Assembly: GCA_038042445.1 (NCBI GenBank)
Contig: JBBTED010000177.1
Coordinates: forward strand, 1 to 14,028
Origin: Candidatus Firestoneibacteriota bacterium
GTDB lineage: Bacteria; Oederibacteriota; D2-FULL-39-29; JBBTED01
Length of the DNA: 14,028 nucleotides
Direction: 5' to 3'
Part shown: positions 7,330 to 14,028 of the stretch, piece after piece
Numbering within the stretch: position 1 is the first letter of the stretch
Layout: each line of letters starts with the position of its first letter
Notes under the pieces: model-generated
Told to the model about the DNA's origin: nothing
The model's database searches: none
Seen by the model: only the letters and a program-made list of their open reading frames with translations
Program-made: the position numbers and the translations under genes

Positions 7330-8178
7330 ATGTCTATGAAATTTGCTGCTTTTAGTTGTATGACACCTGATTGGACAGCAGAGCAGGTATGTATTAAACT
7401 GAAAGAATTAGGTTATGATGGTGTAGAATGGACAGTTGGTTATCAAAATGCGCTGTGGGATAAAACTAAAGAATGGCATTTAAGTGAAATAAACATTGAA
7501 GAAGAGGCAACAAAATTAAAAGAACTTTGCAAAAAATATAATTTAAAAATTTGTTCGTTAGCAACACGGGTAAGTTGTAAAGAACCTGAAAGGTTTGAAC
7601 GTGTGGTAAAAGCAGCTACTATTTTAGACTGTTCTATGTTACGTGTAAATGTTCCAAGGTATGATTTAAAAACAAATTACAGTAATTTATACAAAGATAC
7701 AATTGAAAGTTTAAAAAAGATAGAAAAAATTTGCAAAACGTATAAAGTAAGAGGACTTTTGGAAATTCATATGGGAACTATTATACCAAGTCCATCTGCT
7801 GTTATGCGTATTGCAGAAAAGTTTAATCCTGAATACATAGGAGTTACATTTGACCCTGGGAATATGGTACATGAAGGATATGAACGATGGCAAATGGGTA
7901 TAGAAATTTTAGGAAAATATTTGTCACATGTTCATGTTAAAAATTGCGGGTGGTTTTTTAAAAAAGTTAAAGGCAAGAAAAAATGGGTGTGTGAACCGAT
8001 GTCATTAAAAGATGGTTTTGCAAATTACGAAGAAATTATACAGGGATTAAAAAATGTTGGATATAATGGATGGATTTCATTTGAAGATTTCAGAGGTGGT
8101 TATTGCTCGTATCCTGTAGGTATAACTACTGAGGAAAAATTAAAAGAAGACCTATTATATTTGAAAAAAATGGTCTAA
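7330..8178 (+). CDS. Sugar phosphate isomerase/epimerase (xylose isomerase-like TIM barrel, AP endonuclease 2 family)
   Basis: GYDGVE, LLEIH, FDPGN, HVHVKN, GYNGWISFE metal-binding motifs; AAGGAG RBS. Confidence 0.88.
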   Translation: MSMKFAAFSCMTPDWTAEQVCIKLKELGYDGVEWTVGYQNALWDKTKEWHLSEINIEEEATKLKELCKKYNLKICSLATRVSCKEPERFERVVKAATILDCSMLRVNVPRYDLKTNYSNLYKDTIESLKKIEKICKTYKVRGLLEIHMGTIIPSPSAVMRIAEKFNPEYIGVTFDPGNMVHEGYERWQMGIEILGKYLSHVHVKNCGWFFKKVKGKKKWVCEPMSLKDGFANYEEIIQGLKNVGYNGWISFEDFRGGYCSYPVGITTEEKLKEDLLYLKKMV

Positions 8179-8182
8179 AAGG

Positions 8183-8208
8183 GATGCTGAAATGAATTCA
8201 GTATGACA
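8183..8208 (-). repeat. Single copy of TGTC/CGTC-type REP-like palindrome
   Basis: Reverse complement TGTCATACTGAATTCATTTCAGCATC differs at two positions from 10993-11018. Confidence 0.7.
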
Positions 8209-8227
8209 AAATAAAAAGGGAGCAGTT

Positions 8228-9265
8228 ATGGTAAAAATAAAAGCAGGAATTGTAGGATTAGGAAGAAGTGGTTGGGATATTCATATACATTTGTTAGAAC
8301 AATTGAAGGATAAATATCAAATTGTAGCAGTTTGTGATGCAAATCAGAGTCGCAGAGAAGAAGCAGAAAAAAAGTTTAATTGCAAAAGTTATGTAGATTT
8401 AATTTCATTATTAAAAGATAAAGAAGTGGAATTAGTAATTATTGCTACACCTTCTCATTTGCACAGTCAAAATGCTATAGAATCTTTAAAAGCAGGTAAA
8501 AATGTTGTATGTGAAAAACCAATGGCAACAACACTTAAAGATGCTGATTTAATGATTGAAACTGCAAAAAAAGAAAATAAAATCCTGACAGTTTTTCACA
8601 ATAGAAGATATGCTCCTGATTTTCTCAAAGTGCGTGAGGTAATTAATTCTGGAAAGCTTGGTAGAATTGTTTTAATTAAAATGTCCTGGAATGGATTTGC
8701 AAGGCGTTGGGATTGGCAGACATTAAAGAAATTTGGTGGTGGAACACTTAATAATACAGGGCCGCATGCAATTGATCAAGCACTACATTTATTTGGAAGC
8801 AAAGAAGAGCCGGAAATTTTCTGCCATTTAGAAAAAACTTTAACTTTAGGAAATGCTGAGGACCATATAAAAATTATTTTCAAGGGCAAAAAATCACCAA
8901 TGCTTGATTTAGAAATAAGTTCTGCATGTGCGTATCCTCAGGATTTATGGTTAGTAATGGGCACACAGGGTGGATTAAGAGGAGGTTCTAATGAATTATA
9001 CTGGAAATATTTTAACCCTGCAAAACTTAGTCCAAGAAAAGTTGAAACTACCCCAACACCAGACCGCGGTTATAATAGTGAACAAATAGTCTGGGAAAAA
9101 GAAGAATCATGGAAACTTTCAGAAGATAGAACACCTGGGCAATTAGGTTTTTATATAGATTTACATAATATTATAGTAAATAATGCACTGCCTTTTGTTA
9201 CATCTGAAAGTGCACGCAGAGTAATGTGTGTTATTGAAAAATGCCATCAGATGTCCGGTGTATGA
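8228..9265 (+). CDS. Gfo/Idh/MocA family NAD(P)-dependent oxidoreductase
   Basis: GIVGLGRSG Rossmann motif, IATPSHLH, VVCEKPMA, FHNRRY, GGGTLNNTGPHAIDQ. Confidence 0.93.
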   Translation: MVKIKAGIVGLGRSGWDIHIHLLEQLKDKYQIVAVCDANQSRREEAEKKFNCKSYVDLISLLKDKEVELVIIATPSHLHSQNAIESLKAGKNVVCEKPMATTLKDADLMIETAKKENKILTVFHNRRYAPDFLKVREVINSGKLGRIVLIKMSWNGFARRWDWQTLKKFGGGTLNNTGPHAIDQALHLFGSKEEPEIFCHLEKTLTLGNAEDHIKIIFKGKKSPMLDLEISSACAYPQDLWLVMGTQGGLRGGSNELYWKYFNPAKLSPRKVETTPTPDRGYNSEQIVWEKEESWKLSEDRTPGQLGFYIDLHNIIVNNALPFVTSESARRVMCVIEKCHQMSGV

Positions 9266-9300
9266 ATTTTTCATCTTTGATACCTCTCAATAGAAAAATC

Positions 9301-9330
9301 TTGACATAAACATCTGTTTTCTGTTCTAAT
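9301..9330 (+). promoter_or_regulatory. Probable sigma70 promoter for nifU-fprA
   Basis: TTGACA (9301-9306), 18-nt spacer ending TGT, TCTAAT (9325-9330), extended -10 type. Confidence 0.55.
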
Positions 9331-9343
9331 CAATAAGTTTTAT

Positions 9344-9392
9344 GTAGGGCAAGGCTTTAGCCTCGCAAAGCAAACCTAATGGTTTGCTCTAC
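9344..9392. repeat. GTAG-family REP doublet (inverted pair)
   Basis: GTAGGGCAAGGCTTTAGCCTCGC (9344-9366), AAA, then the reverse complement of GTAGAGCAAACCATTAGGTTTGC (9370-9392); same 23-nt architecture as 3169-3222. Confidence 0.75.
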
Positions 9393-9462
9393 TTAATATA
9401 TCAAAAATTGGAGGGGGGAATTATGGTTTACTCTAAAAACACAAACCATAAGGGAGAAAATT

Positions 9463-9684
9463 ATGAAAGAGAAAGTTGAAGCAGCGTTAGAAAAAATAAA
9501 ACCAGCACTTGAGGCAGATGGTGGGGGTATAGAATTAGTTGAAGTTACTACTGATGGAATAGTAAAAGTAAAATTAACTGGTGCATGTGGATGTTGTCCA
9601 ATGAGTCAGGTAACAATGAAAAAGGGTGTAGAAAAAGTAATAAAAGAAACAGTTCCGGAAGTAAAAGAAGTAATTGCAGTATAG
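9463..9684 (+). CDS. NifU C-terminal / Nfu-type Fe-S carrier protein
   Basis: IKPALEADGGGIELV...VKLTGACGCCPMS...GVEK...VPEV signature with CxxC. Confidence 0.93.
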   Translation: MKEKVEAALEKIKPALEADGGGIELVEVTTDGIVKVKLTGACGCCPMSQVTMKKGVEKVIKETVPEVKEVIAV

Positions 9685-9697
9685 TTGTGAAAATATT

Positions 9698-10891
9698 ATG
9701 CCTGCAGTAAAAATATATTCGGATTTTGTTTATTGGGTTGGTGCTATTGATTGGAATATTAGAACATTTCATGGTTTTACCTATAATACTCCACGTGGGA
9801 CTACGTATAATTCCTATCTTATTTTAGATGATAAAATTGCTTTGATTGATACTGTTTATACTCCTTTTACCAATGATATGATAAAAAGAATAAGCGAGAT
9901 TATTTCTCCTGATAAGATAGATTATATTATTGCCAATCATGTTGAAAGAGATCATTCAGGTGCTTTACCACACTTGATGAAATTGTGTCCAAAAGCAAAA
10001 ATTTTTGGAACTGCTAAATGCAAAGAAGGATTATATAAAAATTATTATAGTAACTGGGATTTTAATATTGTTAAAACTGGTGATAAATTGAGTCTTGGTA
10101 AAAAAACATTAACTTTTCTTGAAGCTCCAATGCTTCATTGGCCTGATAGTATGTTTACATATTTAATTGAAGATGCTTTGTTATTCCCAAATGATGCTTT
10201 TGGTCAGCATTATGGGACATCTTTTAGATTTGATGATGAAGTTGATGAAGCAGTACTTATGAGTGAAGCTGCAAAATATTATGCAAATATTCTATGGCCA
10301 TTTAGTTCTCTTGTTACACGAAAAATTGATGAAGTTAAAAAAATGAATATTCCAATTAAAATGATTGCTACGAGTCATGGGATTATATGGCGCAAAAATC
10401 CTGCAAAAATAATAGATTCTTATGTCTCATGGGCAAAGAATGAATCAAAACCCAAGATTGTTGTTGTCTATGAAACAATGTGGGGCTCAACAGAAATTAT
10501 GGCAAAAGAAATAGTAGAAGGGATAATTGACGCAGGAGTGGAAGTTAAGCTTTTTGATATAACCAAATCCGATAGGACGGAAGTGATTAAAGAGATGCTT
10601 GATAGTAAAGGTTATATTGTAGGTTCGCCTACTCATGGCAATGATATATTGCCGACTCTTGCTGGATTTTTAGAATTTTTGAAAGGTATGAAACCTAAAA
10701 ATAGAATTGGTGGAGTATTTGGTTCTTATGGATGGGGTGGTGGGGCAGTAAAAAGTATAGAAAATAGATTTAAAGAAATAGGAATAGATGTTGTTTTGCC
10801 ATCTTTATCAGTCCAATATGTTCCTGAAGAGAAAGAAAAAAAACTTTGTTATGAATACGGAAAAAAAATTGCTGAATTGATAAAAATGTGA
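9698..10891 (+). CDS. fprA: Class A flavodiiron protein (FprA; O2/NO reductase)
   Basis: GTTYNSYL, NHVERDHSG, PMLHWPDSM, NDAFGQH, SHG di-iron ligands plus C-terminal flavodoxin domain (TMWGSTE, FGSYGWGGGA); start moved to ATG 9698. Confidence 0.93.
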   Translation: MPAVKIYSDFVYWVGAIDWNIRTFHGFTYNTPRGTTYNSYLILDDKIALIDTVYTPFTNDMIKRISEIISPDKIDYIIANHVERDHSGALPHLMKLCPKAKIFGTAKCKEGLYKNYYSNWDFNIVKTGDKLSLGKKTLTFLEAPMLHWPDSMFTYLIEDALLFPNDAFGQHYGTSFRFDDEVDEAVLMSEAAKYYANILWPFSSLVTRKIDEVKKMNIPIKMIATSHGIIWRKNPAKIIDSYVSWAKNESKPKIVVVYETMWGSTEIMAKEIVEGIIDAGVEVKLFDITKSDRTEVIKEMLDSKGYIVGSPTHGNDILPTLAGFLEFLKGMKPKNRIGGVFGSYGWGGGAVKSIENRFKEIGIDVVLPSLSVQYVPEEKEKKLCYEYGKKIAELIKM

Positions 10892-10929
10892 CTTACATCA
10901 CAGACAATAAATCCTTATTTTGCTATAAT
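10887..10929 (+). promoter_or_regulatory. CRP/FNR-family site with class II promoter
   Basis: TGTGA-CTTACA-TCACA (10887-10902), CAGACA -35 (10901-10906), 17 nt, TGC-TATAAT (-10 at 10924-10929). Confidence 0.8.
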
Positions 10930-10992
10930 TTCTATATAGATTAAAAATTTAAAACTGGAGGTGATAAAATATAGAATATAGCAAAAACAAAT

Positions 10993-11051
10993 TGTCATGC
11001 TGAATTTATTTCAGCATCTCTTTTAGACCCTGAAACAAATTCAGGGTGACA
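10993..11051. repeat. TGTC/CGTC-type REP-like doublet (inverted pair)
   Basis: TGTCATGCTGAATTTATTTCAGCATCT-CTTTT-AGACCCTGAAACAAATTCAGGGTGACA; each half is itself a hairpin. Confidence 0.78.
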
Positions 11052-11074
11052 TAATAATGGATAGGAGGATTAAA

Positions 11075-11551
11075 ATGGGAAAGCAAGGAACAAAGATTGT
11101 AAAAGTAGATGTGAAAGATTTGATAAAGGATTTAAATAAAGCGTATGCAGATGAATGGCTTGCGTATTATTCTTGGTGGTATATGTCGAAGATAGTTACT
11201 GGTAAAGGTTATGAAGATATGAGTGAGTTTTTGGAAAAAATTGCGAAAGATGAAGAAGAACATGCATCTGAACTTGCAGATAGAATCATAGAGCTTGGTG
11301 GATTGCCAATTTCTAATCCTATGGAATTGGAAAAAAATGCTAATGCTTCTTATCCTAAGCCACCGAAAGGGACATCTGATTATGATAGTATTATAAAAAC
11401 AGTTACTTTGGCAGAAGCAGGGGCAATTGATGTGTATGAAAAAATTGCAGCTAAAACTTTAGGAAAAGACCATGTTACATATCAGCTTGCATGTCACATA
11501 TTAGCAGAAGAAGTTAAACATGAAGAGATGTTTGAAGATTTATTAGATTAA
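11075..11551 (+). CDS. Ferritin-like DpsL / bacterioferritin-related protein
   Basis: LNKAYADEWLAYY, DEEEHA..LADRIIELGG, AEAGAIDVY, GKDHVTY, ILAEEVKHE di-iron motifs; AGGAGG RBS supports ATG 11075. Confidence 0.88.
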   Translation: MGKQGTKIVKVDVKDLIKDLNKAYADEWLAYYSWWYMSKIVTGKGYEDMSEFLEKIAKDEEEHASELADRIIELGGLPISNPMELEKNANASYPKPPKGTSDYDSIIKTVTLAEAGAIDVYEKIAAKTLGKDHVTYQLACHILAEEVKHEEMFEDLLD

Positions 11552-11565
11552 TTGGAGGATATAAT

Positions 11566-12006
11566 ATGGATACTTATGTATGTCAAAAATGTGGATATGT
11601 AGCTTTTAAAAATGCACCAGATAATTGCCCTGTATGTTGGGCGCCAAAGGAAAGTTTTAAATTGGATGTAAATGCTATAAAAAAGCCTGTAGATTCAAAA
11701 AACCTTAATGATATGGAGAAAAAACACATTCCAGTTATTACTATTGTAAAAGAGTGTAAATTGCTTGGGCCTGGATGTATTGATGCCAAAATTAAAGTCG
11801 GTGAAGTATTACATGTTATGGAACCTAAACATTTTATAACTTACATAGATATATACCATAACTATGATTTTATTGCGCGATATCATATGGTTGCAGAAAA
11901 ATTGAACCCATCTGTTATAATTCACCTAAAAGTAAGCAGCGGCAAATTAACTGCTTTAGAAAATTGTAATATACATGGCAGGTGGATTGTTGAAACCGAA
12001 ATTTAA
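11566..12006 (+). CDS. Superoxide reductase (desulfoferrodoxin catalytic domain) with N-terminal rubredoxin-like domain
   Basis: YVCQKCGY...PDNCPVC N-terminus; EKKHIPVI, HVMEPKHFI, CNIHG SOR iron ligands. Confidence 0.88.
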   Translation: MDTYVCQKCGYVAFKNAPDNCPVCWAPKESFKLDVNAIKKPVDSKNLNDMEKKHIPVITIVKECKLLGPGCIDAKIKVGEVLHVMEPKHFITYIDIYHNYDFIARYHMVAEKLNPSVIIHLKVSSGKLTALENCNIHGRWIVETEI

Positions 12007-12028
12007 AAGTAGAGTTATTTTTAATATG

Positions 12029-12075
12029 AGGGGGAGACAGTTATTCATTAATTTGTAATGGATACAGTTTCCCTT
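12029..12075. other. Imperfect intergenic hairpin
   Basis: AGGGGGAGACAGTTATTCATTA-ATTTG-TAATGGATACAGTTTCCCTT. Confidence 0.45.
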
Positions 12076-12089
12076 AAATATTTTAAACT

Positions 12090-12659
12090 ATGAAAATATT
12101 AGGTATACAAGGAAGTCCTAGAATAGGCGGAAATACAGATATATTGCTTGATAAGGCATTAAGTGGAGCAAGTTCAAAAGGTGCTTATGTAGAAAAAATA
12201 ATTTTAAATAAATTGAAATTTTCTCCTTGCTTGGAATGTGAAAATACAAAAAATGATGGCACTTGTATAGTAAATGATGAGATGCAGATTATTTACAAAA
12301 AAATTAAAGAGGTGGATGCTTTAATTTTAGCATCTCCTATATTTTTTGGAAGTGTAAGTGCTCAAGTTAAGATGATGGTAGACCGTTTTCAATGTCCCTG
12401 GAGAGCAAAATATATATATAAAAACGATGTTTTTGGTAAAAAGAAAATAGGGGGATTTATTTGTGTGTCAGCAGGTGGCAAAAATGATTTTTTTAATAAT
12501 GCTAAATCAATAGTTAAAAATTTATTTGTAACAATTAATGTAAGTTATCAGGAAGAGCTTTTTTGTAAAGGTGTAGAAGAAAAAGGTGATATTATTAAAC
12601 ACCCGGATTTTTTACAAAAAGCATTTGAATTAGGAATAAAAATTGGAGGTGGAGTTTAA
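12090..12659 (+). CDS. Flavodoxin-fold iron-sulfur flavoprotein (Isf) / NADPH-dependent FMN reductase family
   Basis: GSPRIGGNT FMN loop, PCLEC...GTC..NDEM, LASPIFFGSVSAQVKMMVDRFQ. Confidence 0.88.
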   Translation: MKILGIQGSPRIGGNTDILLDKALSGASSKGAYVEKIILNKLKFSPCLECENTKNDGTCIVNDEMQIIYKKIKEVDALILASPIFFGSVSAQVKMMVDRFQCPWRAKYIYKNDVFGKKKIGGFICVSAGGKNDFFNNAKSIVKNLFVTINVSYQEELFCKGVEEKGDIIKHPDFLQKAFELGIKIGGGV

Positions 12660-13150
12660 TGGGGAATATATATTTTTCAGAGAATGAAATAGTAGAGTTA
12701 GGGGTTCAGATAGAAAAGAATGGCAAAGATTTCTATAATACGTTGGCTGCTAAGTTTAAAGACGAAAAAGTTAAAGAAATATGTAAATTTCTTGCAGAGC
12801 AGGAAGAAAAGCATATAGGCATTTTCAGTAAAATATTAGAATCCGTTGACAAATCTGCATCCCAACCAAGAGAATCTTATGCAGGTGAGTCTTCTGCATA
12901 TATGAATGCTTTAGCAAATGGGAATGTGTTTACACAAAAAAATAAAGGAAATGAAGTTGCAAAAGCTGTAAAAAATGAGAAAGATGCTTTAGATGTGGCA
13001 CTTGGATTTGAAAAAGATTCCATAGTTTTTTTTGAAGGAATGAAAAAAATAATACCTCAGAAAAATCATAAATCAATTAATTGGCTGATTGAGGAAGAGC
13101 AAAAGCATATTGTTCAATTATTTGATTTAAGAAATAAATTAAAAACATAA
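12659..13150 (+). CDS. Rubrerythrin-like ferritin family protein (no rubredoxin domain)
   Basis: Duplicated E...FY...LAEQEEKH and FEKDSIVFF...EEEQKH di-iron motifs; TAATG overlap with the upstream gene. Confidence 0.85.
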   Translation: MGNIYFSENEIVELGVQIEKNGKDFYNTLAAKFKDEKVKEICKFLAEQEEKHIGIFSKILESVDKSASQPRESYAGESSAYMNALANGNVFTQKNKGNEVAKAVKNEKDALDVALGFEKDSIVFFEGMKKIIPQKNHKSINWLIEEEQKHIVQLFDLRNKLKT

Positions 13151-13151
13151 A

Positions 13152-14028
13152 ATGTTTGATTTGATTATTATAGGTGCAGGTCCTGCAGGAATAACAGCGA
13201 GTGTATATGCTGCCCGCAAAAAAATAAATTTTCTGATAATTACAAATGATATAGGCGGTCAGGCAGCATTAAGTGGTGATATAGAAAATTATACAGGTTA
13301 TCAATTTATTACAGGCCCTGAATTGTCAGCTAAATTTGAAGAGCATATGCACAAATATGATATGCCTTTGAAGGAAAATGAAGAAGTTTTAGAAATAAAA
13401 AAAATAGATAAAAAAGTATTGGTTAAAACAAATAAGAGTATTTATGAAACAAAAACAGTAATTATTTCTTCTGGTAAACGTTCAAAAGAACTTGGTGTTT
13501 CTGGAGAAAAAGAATTTAAAAACAGAGGGCTTAGTTATTGTGCTACCTGTGATGGTCCTTTGTTTTCTGAAAAGGATGTAGTAGTTATTGGTGGTGGTAA
13601 TTCTGCTTTAGATGCAACATTACAATTGATAAATATAGCTAAACATATACACCTTATCAATATATTACCCAATTTAGGTGGAGATGCAATAATGCGAGAA
13701 AAAGTTAATAATAGTGGTAAAGTTACTGTGTTGAATAATACAAAAATTACTGCGATATTAGGAGATAAACTTGTTAAGGAAATAAAAATTGAGAGTAATG
13801 GTAAAGAAAATATATTGTCTGTGCAGGGTGTTTTTATAGAAATAGGTCTTATTCCAAATTCAGAGTTTGTAAAGGAAGTAGAAAAAAATGAATTGGGTGA
13901 AATAAAAGTAAATTGTCATAATGAAACGAATATACCCGGTATTTTTGCAGCAGGTGATGTAACTAATGTTCCTGAAAAACAGATTATAATAGCTGCAGGT
14001 GAAGGTGCAAAAGCAACATTAAGTGCTT
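13152..14028 (+). CDS. Thioredoxin reductase / AhpF-like FAD-dependent disulfide oxidoreductase, 3' end outside window
   Basis: Hand translation MFDLIIIGAGPAGITASVYAARK...IENYTG...GLSYCATCDGPLF...VIGGGNSA...TNIPGIFAAGDVTNVPEKQIIIAAGEGAKA; open to the window end, not in the ORF track. Confidence 0.93.
   Translation, partial: MFDLIIIGAGPAGITASVYAARKKINFLIITNDIGGQAALSGDIENYTGYQFITGPELSAKFEEHMHKYDMPLKENEEVLEIKKIDKKVLVKTNKSIYETKTVIISSGKRSKELGVSGEKEFKNRGLSYCATCDGPLFSEKDVVVIGGGNSALDATLQLINIAKHIHLINILPNLGGDAIMREKVNNSGKVTVLNNTKITAILGDKLVKEIKIESNGKENILSVQGVFIEIGLIPNSEFVKEVEKNELGEIKVNCHNETNIPGIFAAGDVTNVPEKQIIIAAGEGAKATLSA

Noticed and set aside
9674..9697. ORF-track start of fprA at 9674 (and the similar 11057 start for the ferritin)
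   Set aside because: 9674 is a TTG inside nifU and family similarity starts near ATG 9698; for the ferritin the AGGAGG RBS lies inside the extension and points to 11075
9263..10891. TGA recoding (selenocysteine or alternative genetic code) at TGA-ending genes
   Set aside because: The TGA codons fall at the expected C-termini of complete domains, and Trp and Gly use standard codons
10957..10965. Orphan strong SD GGAGGTGA (another near 7172-7179)
   Set aside because: No usable ORF follows at proper spacing, so no gene can be supported
442..11789. Minus-strand ORF-track calls (442-840, 1458-1736, 3463-3690, 4497-4721, 7711-7893, 9548-9772, 11583-11789)
   Set aside because: All are antisense shadows of well-supported + strand genes, with no recognisable motifs

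Overview
AT-rich bacterial DNA from a probably anaerobic diderm (TonB-dependent receptor present; TGA used as stop). All long genes are on the + strand. Four blocks: (1) the 3' end of a HydG-like radical SAM gene; (2) a cobalamin uptake/salvage locus: long cobalamin riboswitch with terminator, btuC-btuD-btuF-like ABC transporter, cob(I)alamin adenosyltransferase, a 50-aa Mor/CD3324-like HTH ORF missed by the ORF track, a second compact cobalamin riboswitch with terminator, and a btuB-like receptor; (3) a decayed stretch (6300-7320) with small ORFs, a tandem repeat and a higher-GC, internally deleted pseudogene, followed by a sugar-phosphate isomerase/epimerase and a Gfo/Idh/MocA oxidoreductase; (4) an oxidative/nitrosative stress cluster (NifU-C, flavodiiron FprA, DpsL-like ferritin, rubredoxin-superoxide reductase fusion, Isf-like flavoprotein, rubrerythrin-like ferritin, partial TrxB/AhpF-like reductase) with a well-positioned CRP/FNR-family class II promoter. 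Intergenic spaces carry at least two REP-like palindrome families. No clearly new large system is demonstrable. The best leads are the tiny HTH gene ending in a palindromic operator-like site before the btuB promoter, and the SD plus start-stop element inside the second riboswitch's expression platform. All protein assignments are from motif recognition, not database searches.
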